DNA of 64,000 nt, taken from positions 42,980-106,979 of IMG/VR virus record IMGVR_UViG_3300032020_000845; one strand, written 5' to 3'. This DNA comes from a virus. The notes below the pieces were generated by a model that was not told where the DNA came from, ran no database searches, and saw nothing but the letters and a program-made list of their open reading frames with translations. Numbering within the stretch: position 1 is the first letter of the stretch; every line of letters begins with the position of its first letter. Below, piece after piece: positions 1 to 8,117 of the stretch. Both the position numbers and the translations under genes were made by a program.

Positions 1-76
1 ATTTCTAGAAGTTAATTTAAGGAGTGTTGAAGTTTTTGAAGGGCCGAAATCAAGTGCTATATATGAAGAAGGATAA
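1..76 (+). CDS. queD: 3' end of probable 6-carboxy-5,6,7,8-tetrahydropterin synthase (QueD), truncated by the window edge
   Basis: Frame from nt 2 reads FLEVNLRSVEVFEGPKSSAIYEEG*, resembling the QueD/PTPS C-terminal V-x-E-x-P-x-S-x-A-x-Y strand; lies directly before folE2/queE/queC. Not in the ORF track. Confidence 0.6.
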   Translation, partial: FLEVNLRSVEVFEGPKSSAIYEEG

Positions 77-86
77 GGAGAAAATA

Positions 87-887
87 ATGATCGAAGAACA
101 ATTACCTGATATTCAAGCGTCAAAAGATATTCGTGAAGTGCATTTACATCGAGTTGGAGTTGAAAATGTTAGTTTTCCTATATTAGTAACAAAAAAAGAA
201 AAAAGACAGTATCAAACAACTCAAGCAACTATTTCAATGTATGGAGATCTTGAAAAAGAAATAAAGGGAATTGATATGAGTCGTTTTCTTGAGGTTCTAA
301 TGCAATATCGTTATAAAGTAATGAATTCAAAGAAATTAAAAAAGTTTTTAAAAGAATTAAAAAGCAGACTTAAAACAAGAGATGCTTATGTTGTTGTTAG
401 TTTTAAATATTTCATTCCCAAAGAATCTCCTATAAAAAAAGTGAAAGGAATTCAAGGGTATGATTGTTCTTTTGTTGCTCGTTTGACTTCCGACAAATAT
501 GATTTTTATCTTGAGGTAGCTGTTCCAATAACTACTTTATGCCCTTGTAGTAAAGAAATAAGTAAGTATGGGGCTCATAATCAAAGAGCGGTTGTAATAG
601 CTCGTATAACATTTTCAGAAAAGCCTTTGTGGATTGAAGATATTGTTTCTTTATTAGGATCAATGGGCAGTTGTGATATTTATCCTGTGTTAAAAAGACC
701 GGATGAAAAATTTGTTACAGAAAAAGCATTTAAAAATCCAAAGTTTGTGGAGGACGTTGCTCGAGATACTGCTCTTGCGTTGAATAAAATATCTAGTGTT
801 GAAGGATACAGCATTAAGGTAATGTCATTTGAAAGTATCCATACACACAATGCTGTTGCATATTTTAAAAAAAATTGGAGTTTTTAG
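87..887 (+). CDS. folE2: GTP cyclohydrolase IB (FolE2)
   Basis: LPDIQ, VGV, KGIDMSRF, TTLCPCSKEIS, GAHNQR, KRPDEK, NPKFVED, ESIHTHNA motifs; ATG at 87 has SD AAGGAG (ORF track starts at 24). Confidence 0.93.
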   Translation: MIEEQLPDIQASKDIREVHLHRVGVENVSFPILVTKKEKRQYQTTQATISMYGDLEKEIKGIDMSRFLEVLMQYRYKVMNSKKLKKFLKELKSRLKTRDAYVVVSFKYFIPKESPIKKVKGIQGYDCSFVARLTSDKYDFYLEVAVPITTLCPCSKEISKYGAHNQRAVVIARITFSEKPLWIEDIVSLLGSMGSCDIYPVLKRPDEKFVTEKAFKNPKFVEDVARDTALALNKISSVEGYSIKVMSFESIHTHNAVAYFKKNWSF

Positions 888-1513
888 TGGAAGTACCTTC
901 TATTTTTTTTGGAGTGGATGAAGTAGGTGTAGGTTGTTTAGCTGGTCCTGTTGTTGCGGGAGCTGTTGTATGGCAGAATTCTTATGCTTGGAATATAGTG
1001 GGTTTAAATGATTCTAAAAAATTAACTTTGAAACAGCGCGAAAAAGTTTTTCAGCAATGTAAGGAATTAAATATTGTATTTGCAACAGGATCTGCTGATG
1101 TTAATGAAATAGAAAAATTGAACATTTATCATGCAACTAGATTAGCAATGAAAAGGGCAATCGATTTAGTGATTCCTCGAAGGCCAACAATTCCAAGTAT
1201 TGGTTTGATTGATGGCAAGGGATATATAGAAGGTTTAGAGATAGAACAAAAATGGATAGTAAAAGGAGATGAAAAAGAGCCCGCGATTATGATGGCCTCT
1301 ATTGTTGCTAAAGTATTGAGAGATAGATATATAAAAAGTTTGGTTGATCAGTTTCCTGAATATGAAGTATATGGTTGGAGAACTAATATTGGTTATGGAA
1401 CAAAAAAACATCTTGAAGCAATTAAAAAATATGGTTTAACGCCTTTTCATAGGAAAACTTTTCAACCAATTAAGCAATGGTTGGAGGAGGGAATAATAAA
1501 TGCCGCAAACTAA
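875..1513 (+). CDS. rnhB: Ribonuclease HII
   Basis: GVDEVGVGCLAGPVVA, LNDSKKL, IDG, KGD, ASIVAKVLRD, GYGT, HRKTF motifs. Confidence 0.93.
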   Translation: MEFLVEVPSIFFGVDEVGVGCLAGPVVAGAVVWQNSYAWNIVGLNDSKKLTLKQREKVFQQCKELNIVFATGSADVNEIEKLNIYHATRLAMKRAIDLVIPRRPTIPSIGLIDGKGYIEGLEIEQKWIVKGDEKEPAIMMASIVAKVLRDRYIKSLVDQFPEYEVYGWRTNIGYGTKKHLEAIKKYGLTPFHRKTFQPIKQWLEEGIINAAN

Positions 1514-2231
1514 AACATTAGATATTAGTGAGATTTTTTGTTCGATACAAGGAGAAGGAATTTATACTGGAGTTCCCTCAATTTTTATAAGACTTCAGGG
1601 ATGTTCTAGTCATTGTATTTGGTGTGATACTAATTTTGGGCAAAATAAAAACTTAGGGAAAAGAATGACAAATGAAGAAATTTTGAACAAAATTTCTGAA
1701 TATAAATATATAAATCATATTGTAATCACAGGAGGAGAACCGACTGAACAAATGGAAGGTTTAAGAGCTTTTTTATCCTTCCTTTCGGCTCATTTTTTTG
1801 TAACCGTTGAAACAAATGGAACAATAAATCCTTTTGATTTTGACCCTTATGCTTACGTAGATAAATGGGTTAGTTTATGGTCTGTAAGTCCAAAACTTCA
1901 ATCAGCAAAAGCAAAACGTAAGTATAATTTTTGTGCTATAGAGGCTATGCTTTTGCATAAAGCTCAGTTGAAGTTTGTAATTAGTGATGAGAAAGATATT
2001 GAAGAAATGTTTGAGTTATTACAAAGGTTTATGAAGGTTCCCCCTGTAATTATTGTTCAACCAAACGGACAGGAAGAAGGAAAGACATGTTCTCCTGAGG
2101 AATATTCAAAACGAGCTGATTGGTTAGTTAATATTTTGTTGGATAAATATATTGATTATTTTGATAAATATGATATTAGGATAATGCTTCAAACACATAA
2201 AGTAATTTGGGGCAATAAAAGAGGAATGTAA
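1500..2231 (+). CDS. queE: 7-carboxy-7-deazaguanine synthase (radical SAM)
   Basis: EIFCSIQGEG, FIRLQGC-x3-C-x2-CDT, ITGGEP, ETNG, SPK, QTHK motifs. Confidence 0.92.
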   Translation: MPQTKTLDISEIFCSIQGEGIYTGVPSIFIRLQGCSSHCIWCDTNFGQNKNLGKRMTNEEILNKISEYKYINHIVITGGEPTEQMEGLRAFLSFLSAHFFVTVETNGTINPFDFDPYAYVDKWVSLWSVSPKLQSAKAKRKYNFCAIEAMLLHKAQLKFVISDEKDIEEMFELLQRFMKVPPVIIVQPNGQEEGKTCSPEEYSKRADWLVNILLDKYIDYFDKYDIRIMLQTHKVIWGNKRGM

Positions 2232-2710
2232 TGAAAACAGAAAAAATATCTTGGAACTATTATTTTCAATTAATTAATAAGCTTATAGAAATAATATCGG
2301 TTCATGTGGAAGAAAAGTTTGATCTTGTTGTGGGTATTTCGCGTGGAGGTCTTATTCCTGCTATGCTGATGTCTCAAGATTGGAATGTTCCTTTAGATGT
2401 AATAGTAACAAGATTTTATGACAAAAAGAACCAGCGCTCTATGTTGAAAGTTGGAAATCCTTCATACTTATGTTTTAAAGATATTAATTTTGATAGTAAA
2501 ATATTAATTGTTGATGACCTTGTTGATAGTGGAAAGACTATGAAGGCTGTTGTTGATTTATACAAAAAAAAGGGTTTCAAGAACATTAGGACAGCTGTAT
2601 TGATTTATAAACGAAGTTCTGAATTTGACCCAAGATATTTTGCCGCTGGTGCAGATGAAGATACTTGGATTGAGTTTCCATATGAACGATTTGAAGGAGA
2701 TATAAAATGA
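2231..2710 (+). CDS. Type I phosphoribosyltransferase (xanthine/guanine PRT-like)
   Basis: GISRGGLIPA, PRPP-binding loop LIVDDLVDSGKT, C-terminal WIEFPYE. Confidence 0.88.
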   Translation: MKTEKISWNYYFQLINKLIEIISVHVEEKFDLVVGISRGGLIPAMLMSQDWNVPLDVIVTRFYDKKNQRSMLKVGNPSYLCFKDINFDSKILIVDDLVDSGKTMKAVVDLYKKKGFKNIRTAVLIYKRSSEFDPRYFAAGADEDTWIEFPYERFEGDIK

Positions 2711-3393
2711 GTGAGGCAATTTTTCTTTTAAGTGGTGGTTTAGATTCTACTACATTGTTTGTTTTTATATTAGAAAAAGGTTGGGCGCTTTATCCTTTAA
2801 GTATTAATTATGGTCAAAAACATTCTGTTGCAGAAATAGCTTCAGCAACGCGCCTTTGGGCAAGATATCAACATAAATATGGAGAAAAGAAAGTAGGAGA
2901 CTTAAAAATTTTAAATTTTAATTTATCTCAAATAGGACATAGTGCATTAACTGATAAAAATTGGAAAGTTCCAAACAATATGAAAGATCAAATTAAAACT
3001 GTAGTTCCTTTTCGAAATACTATGTTAATGACATTAGCTGCTGCTTATGGAGAGTCTTTAGGTTTAAGTCCTATAAATATTTTTATGACTCCTGTAAAAG
3101 AAGATTTTGCGTCATATAGAGATTGTCGTAAACCTTTCTTTACTTGTTTAGAAAAAACATTAAGTTTAGGATCTACTTATGGCGTAGATGTTCACATTTA
3201 TACACCGTTTGTTGAAAACACAAAAGCAGAAATTATTGATATAGGTACTAAATTGGATGTTCCATATCATTTAACTTATTCTTGTTATGAAGGAACTCAA
3301 CCCTCTTGTGGTAAATGTCCTGCGTGTATTGAAAGATTAGAAGCATTTAAAGCAAATGGTTTATCTGATCCTTTAGAATATAGAAAGGAGTAA
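2707..3393 (+). CDS. queC: 7-cyano-7-deazaguanine synthase
   Basis: LLSGGLDSTT, YGQKH, VPFRN, YRDCR, TYSCY-x6-CGKCPACIER Zn motif. Confidence 0.93.
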   Translation: MSEAIFLLSGGLDSTTLFVFILEKGWALYPLSINYGQKHSVAEIASATRLWARYQHKYGEKKVGDLKILNFNLSQIGHSALTDKNWKVPNNMKDQIKTVVPFRNTMLMTLAAAYGESLGLSPINIFMTPVKEDFASYRDCRKPFFTCLEKTLSLGSTYGVDVHIYTPFVENTKAEIIDIGTKLDVPYHLTYSCYEGTQPSCGKCPACIERLEAFKANGLSDPLEYRKE

Positions 3394-3397
3394 AGTT

Positions 3398-3961
3398 ATG
3401 AAATTTAAATTTTTGGATAAAGAAATAAAATATGATGGATCTCAATTGCATTCTCATTTTAATTATGAGAATGGTCTTGAAGGGAATAGCATTTCTTGTT
3501 TTTTTGGGCCTGCGGAAGTTAAAGAACATTTGGTAGATTGCGAAGATAAATTAAAAAATGATTTTATTAATAGTGCATATATGATGCATTTTATAATTGA
3601 AATTTTTGAGGCTTCTTTGAGAGAAGCAGTTGTATGGCAAAGATTATTTATTGCTCAAATTGCCGCTTTTTTAAAGAAATGTTGTTTGGTGTCTCATGTT
3701 GCTTATCGAGGAGATGATATTTTTATTGATAATAAAAAATTGTCTGTTTCGATTGCAACAAAATCTCCAGTTTCATGTCTTATTCACGTTGGATTAAATA
3801 TTGAGGTAGGAGATGAATGTCCTGTTCTTGCTGTTGGATTTAATGATTTTGATGATTATGGGTATGCTTTAAGAGACGTTGCTCATATGTTGATGGCTGC
3901 CTTTGTGGAAGAATTTGAGGATATTCAGAAAGCTTGTTATAAGGTGAAAGGAGTACAATGA
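3398..3961 (+). CDS. DUF366 family protein (lipoate/biotin ligase-like fold)
   Basis: YDGSQL, HLVD-x-ED, HFIIE, QRLF, GDDIF, KKLSVSIAT, HVGLNI motifs. Confidence 0.75.
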   Translation: MKFKFLDKEIKYDGSQLHSHFNYENGLEGNSISCFFGPAEVKEHLVDCEDKLKNDFINSAYMMHFIIEIFEASLREAVVWQRLFIAQIAAFLKKCCLVSHVAYRGDDIFIDNKKLSVSIATKSPVSCLIHVGLNIEVGDECPVLAVGFNDFDDYGYALRDVAHMLMAAFVEEFEDIQKACYKVKGVQ

Positions 3962-4320
3962 AGCCTTTTATAGTTGCAATAGATTTTGATGGAACAATCG
4001 TTGAAGATAAATATCCTAATATTGGTCCTTTAAAGGAAAATGCTGTTTCTTGTATTAAATTATTGAAAGAATTGGGGTGTTATATTATAGTAACATCTTG
4101 TCGCACAAGTCCAAATAGAACTTCAAGTGTAACTGAGAGAAGTTTACAAAGACAAATTATGCAAAAATTTTTAAGAGAAAATGATATTCCTTATGATTGG
4201 GTTGATGATGGTACTCAAGGTAAAGTAGTTGCTGACATTTATGTTGACGATCGTGCTATTAGATTTGAAAATAATTGGGATGAAATTGTTAGAATAATAA
4301 ATTTAATGTTAGGAGAGTAA
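3958..4320 (+). CDS. HAD-superfamily phosphatase-like protein
   Basis: AIDFDGTIV motif I and K-x2-ADIYVDDRA motif III/IV. Confidence 0.8.
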   Translation: MKPFIVAIDFDGTIVEDKYPNIGPLKENAVSCIKLLKELGCYIIVTSCRTSPNRTSSVTERSLQRQIMQKFLRENDIPYDWVDDGTQGKVVADIYVDDRAIRFENNWDEIVRIINLMLGE

Positions 4321-4321
4321 A

Positions 4322-4801
4322 ATGTTAAATTGGTTTTTAAATTTTCTTTATAAATTTACATTTCCAAGAAATATAAAATGCTCATTGATTCGTTCAGACG
4401 CTAAAATTCCAACTCAAGCGTATGAATATGACGCTGGGTGGGATTTATATGCAGTTGAAGATATTATAATTCCTTTTGGTTGGTGTAAAGAAGTACATAC
4501 TGGGGTATGTTTTGAAATTCCTCCTGGGTGGGTAGGTATAGTTTCTACTCGTAGTAGTTATGGAAAAAAGGGCAGAGCTGCACACCATGGAATTATTGAC
4601 CCTGGATATAGGAATGAGGTGTCTATTTTTATTCGAAATAGTGTTCAGTATACACATAAAGTGGAATCTATTAACATTTTAAAAGGGGATAAGGTTGCCC
4701 AAATTCTTTTTTTTAAATTACCGAAAGTCAATTTAATTCAAGTTGGGCGGCTTTCGGAAAGTGAAAGAGGAAAGAAAGGACACGGCAGTAGTGGTAGATA
4801 A
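4322..4801 (+). CDS. dut: Trimeric dUTPase
   Basis: AGWDL, RSS, GIIDPGYRNE, GDKVAQ, RGKKGHGSSG motifs. Confidence 0.92.
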   Translation: MLNWFLNFLYKFTFPRNIKCSLIRSDAKIPTQAYEYDAGWDLYAVEDIIIPFGWCKEVHTGVCFEIPPGWVGIVSTRSSYGKKGRAAHHGIIDPGYRNEVSIFIRNSVQYTHKVESINILKGDKVAQILFFKLPKVNLIQVGRLSESERGKKGHGSSGR

Positions 4802-5071
4802 AACAACTACATTTATTTGTTTAAAGGAGGGAATATGGTTTTAGATGATCTTATTCCAGAATTAGAATTGGATATTATTCCAGCAGAAGATGGAGAGCTT
4901 CAAGTTGAGTTAATGCATAAAGAATTTTTTAAATATTTGAAGGAAAACGAAATTCTGGATTTAGATATAAATTTTATTACATCGCGAGAGTTGAAGGGGT
5001 TTGTTGAAAACCTTTATGAGAAATATAAACTTTATAAAGTCAATAATTAGATAAGACATTGAGGAGAAACA

Positions 5072-5158
5072 ATGTTAAAAGGTTTTATAGATTATTTGCT
5101 TATTGTATTGTGGATTAGTTTTATTCTTTATTTTTGGTATGAATGGCTTCGAGAGTAA
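5072..5158 (+). CDS. 28-aa membrane peptide
   Basis: SD GAGGAG; MLKGFIDYLLIVLWISFILYFWYEWLRE*. Confidence 0.4.
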   Translation: MLKGFIDYLLIVLWISFILYFWYEWLRE

Positions 5159-5162
5159 ATAT

Positions 5163-5179
5163 TTGTGTATAATATATTA
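5163..5179 (+). promoter_or_regulatory. Recurrent promoter motif TTGTGTATAATATATTA
   Basis: Contains TATAAT; identical or near-identical copies at about 12091, 62200 and 62709, and a variant at about 10944, each intergenic and upstream of an SD and start codon. Confidence 0.7.
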
Positions 5180-5205
5180 AAATGAATGGGAAAAGAGGTG
5201 AAGAA

Positions 5206-5502
5206 ATGAAGAAGTTAATTTTGTTATTCGTTGGTCTTTTGATTGTATTATTCAGTTTTAGTTGTTCCAAATGTTCCACCTGTCCTGGAGGAGATATGTG
5301 TGGAGATGTTAATGGTGATGGTCAAGTAAACCGGAAGGATTGGATTTCTTTGTCGAATTATCTATTTAATGGCGGTTCTATGGTTTGCCTAACCTGCGCA
5401 GATGTCAATTCTGATCATAAGATAGACATGGAGGACGCTACTATTTTGTCACATTATTTGCTTGATGGAGAACCCGTACTTAATTGCTCGTTAGAAGAAT
5501 AA
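5206..5502 (+). CDS. Lipoprotein with a dockerin-type double Ca-binding repeat
   Basis: Signal MKKLILLFVGLLIVLFSFS-C; GDVNGDGQVNRKD...YLF-x-GG and DVNSDHKIDMED...YL. Confidence 0.75.
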   Translation: MKKLILLFVGLLIVLFSFSCSKCSTCPGGDMCGDVNGDGQVNRKDWISLSNYLFNGGSMVCLTCADVNSDHKIDMEDATILSHYLLDGEPVLNCSLEE

Positions 5503-5573
5503 GAAGCTAAAAAAGAAAGTTATTAGGATTAGAACAAAGTAGTAATAGAAGAGATATAAAAGGAGGAAGTAAA

Positions 5574-6107
5574 ATGAAGTTCACAAAAATTTTGTTAGCA
5601 GTAGTTTTAGTTGGTTTTATGTGGTTATCAGCCTTTGGATTTGATCCTCCAAAGGGATTGAAATGGAATATGGCATTCGTTGAAGTTGATTCTGTTTTGC
5701 AATTAAAATTGAAACCTTTAGGTGAGTTCCGAGGGTATCATATTTTTTCTTGTGGAAATATGTTATTTGGGTTTTTAAATACAAACAAATTAGCAGTTGT
5801 CAGGGCAGATACTTTCTTTTACGAAAATTCACTTGAAAATGCAAACAAGTTTATTGATAGTTTAGAAAATGTGTATGGAGATACCGTCCTTGTTTTTGGT
5901 GAAATTGGAATAGAAGAAGATCTATATTTTAAATTTGATATTGTTAAAAGGTATTTTTTTGTGGATGCGGACACTTCACAACTTTTAGTAGTTAGGTCAG
6001 ATAAATCTTCAAATACTCTTTCTTGGATAAGAGTACAATATGAATCTCCTCTTTTTGTACAATTAAAAGAAAAGGATAGAAAAAAAGAAATTAATTTTGG
6101 GAGATAA
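5574..6107 (+). CDS. Secreted hypothetical protein
   Basis: N-terminal signal peptide; PKGLKWNM; SD AGGAGG. Confidence 0.6.
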   Translation: MKFTKILLAVVLVGFMWLSAFGFDPPKGLKWNMAFVEVDSVLQLKLKPLGEFRGYHIFSCGNMLFGFLNTNKLAVVRADTFFYENSLENANKFIDSLENVYGDTVLVFGEIGIEEDLYFKFDIVKRYFFVDADTSQLLVVRSDKSSNTLSWIRVQYESPLFVQLKEKDRKKEINFGR

Positions 6108-6136
6108 ATATTAAAATGAAAGAAAAGGAGGATAAA

Positions 6137-7198
6137 ATGTTAAAGTTTAGTTCTCTGGTATTAGTGTTGTTATTGATGTTTATTCCTAATTGTTCTAAAA
6201 ATCCGGTTATTTCTCAGGTTGAACCGAAAACAGATATAACAACTTACAGGTTGATTACTGATCCATACATGAGAATCGAAACTGATACTGTTTTTGTTAT
6301 CGATACTATTTTCACTACAGACACTGCTATCGTTGCTATTGATACAATTGCTACAATGAGAGGGGATCTAGATTTAGATGGAGATGTTGATTGGGACGAT
6401 TGGGGTAGCTTAAGTGAGCTTTTAACGTATCCCAAAGTACCCTATGGAAAAAACATAGATGTGAATGGAGATGGTAGAATAGATAATGGCGACTTAGTGT
6501 ATTTGGGAAATTACTTGCAAGGAACGGTCATGGTCTACATCTATGACACGACTATTATTTTCGACACGGCCTTTGTTCCAGATACTGTATTTCAGTCATA
6601 CGTTGTTGTTATTGTTGATACTATTTTTATAGCTGATACCGCTTTTGTTATTGATACTGTTATTAATACTACTTTGATTGCTACAATGCGTGGAGATTTA
6701 GATTTAGATGGAGATGTAGATTGGGATGATTACAGTGATTTAAGTGAACTCTTATCTTATCCTAACGTACCTTATATAAAAAGTGCGGATGTAAATGGTG
6801 ATAATAAAGTAAATAATAACGATCTGGTATATCTAGGGAAATATTTACAAGGAACAGGACCAGCACCAATATCGGATACGTCCTTTGTTTATGATACTAT
6901 TTTTATTCCAGATACGATATTTGTTTTTGATACTACTTTCATTTCAGATACGTCCTTTGTTTTAGACACTGTTTTTACGATTGACACTGTTATAGTTGTT
7001 GATACTGTTTTTAGTGTTATCGATACTATTATCGTAGAAGGGCAAGCCCCGATCTCTGATATGATTTTTATATACGATACTACCTTTACTCAGAACGTGA
7101 GGTTTGTTCTAGACACTCTTTTTGTCGCAGACACTATTTTTACATATGAGAAGAATGTTCATAGTATAAAGGATAAGAAAGAAAGACTCAGGAGATAA
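6137..7198 (+). CDS. Probable lipoprotein with two dockerin domains embedded in DT-rich beta repeats
   Basis: Signal ending PN-C; two copies of RGDLDLDGDVDWDD...DVNGD-x5-DLVYLG-x-YLQGT; many approximately 6-residue xDTxxx repeats. Confidence 0.75.
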   Translation: MLKFSSLVLVLLLMFIPNCSKNPVISQVEPKTDITTYRLITDPYMRIETDTVFVIDTIFTTDTAIVAIDTIATMRGDLDLDGDVDWDDWGSLSELLTYPKVPYGKNIDVNGDGRIDNGDLVYLGNYLQGTVMVYIYDTTIIFDTAFVPDTVFQSYVVVIVDTIFIADTAFVIDTVINTTLIATMRGDLDLDGDVDWDDYSDLSELLSYPNVPYIKSADVNGDNKVNNNDLVYLGKYLQGTGPAPISDTSFVYDTIFIPDTIFVFDTTFISDTSFVLDTVFTIDTVIVVDTVFSVIDTIIVEGQAPISDMIFIYDTTFTQNVRFVLDTLFVADTIFTYEKNVHSIKDKKERLRR

Positions 7199-7377
7199 AA
7201 AATAAATAGAAAAGACGTAATCGGATATATTATCCACATATTAAAAAAGATATTTTCGCGTAAATATCGTCGATATTTACAGTATGTTGACTTGCAAGCA
7301 AAGATTGCTAAAATGGAACATATGATAGAGTTGAAGTTAGATCCATTTAAAGCAGTTAAAAAAATTGATGAAAAGAA

Positions 7378-8112
7378 TTGGTGATGATAAAAGATAAGAA
7401 TTTTATAAATACCATTGAAACATACGAATCTATTAAGAAAATTATTAAGCCTGGTGATGTAATAAATCAATCAAATAGTCCAGAATGGTGGCAATTTTGG
7501 TTAGCATTTACTCATTTAGCAATTAAATGGTATCAAAGGGAATTATTTGGAAGCAATTCTATTTGGAAAGATACTCATAGTATGTTATATTTAGATGAGA
7601 ATAATACTTTTTCTGTTGAATTTCCAAAAGTTGTGATGAAACCTCTTCGAGATTATTATTTATCAGATTTTACTATTTATAGAATGGACCTGACCAATCT
7701 AAACGAAATATGTGTTGAGATCTTAAGGGATACTGCTTTGCAAATGATTGGGGAGGATTACGATGTTGGACAACTATTAGATATTGGAATAAACGAGATA
7801 TTAGGATATCATTTTCAACGGAAGTTAAGTCTTTTTGATTTTGGAAGAAAAAGAAAGGTCTGTAGTGTGGGGGTTAGAATTTGTTTTGAAAATCTCGGAA
7901 ATCAAGTTAGGACACCATTTGGGAAATCAACAAAACCTGGTAAATGGCTGTTCCACGATTTGAATCCAAGCATGTGGACTAAAAGAGAAATTGAGGAATA
8001 TAGAGGAACAGATGTGGAAGCAACATCTCCAGCACATTTTGCTAATTCTAATTATTTTTGTAATGAGTTTAGATTAATTGCTAAGTTTAGTAAAGGAAAA
8101 CAAATACTTTAA
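7378..8112 (+). CDS. Permuted papain-like amidase (YiiX/YebB-like NlpC/P60)
   Basis: KPGDVI...THSMLY (His first)...YD...VCS (Cys later), the order typical of permuted NlpC/P60. Confidence 0.65.
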   Translation: MVMIKDKNFINTIETYESIKKIIKPGDVINQSNSPEWWQFWLAFTHLAIKWYQRELFGSNSIWKDTHSMLYLDENNTFSVEFPKVVMKPLRDYYLSDFTIYRMDLTNLNEICVEILRDTALQMIGEDYDVGQLLDIGINEILGYHFQRKLSLFDFGRKRKVCSVGVRICFENLGNQVRTPFGKSTKPGKWLFHDLNPSMWTKREIEEYRGTDVEATSPAHFANSNYFCNEFRLIAKFSKGKQIL

Positions 8113-8117
8113 AAATT

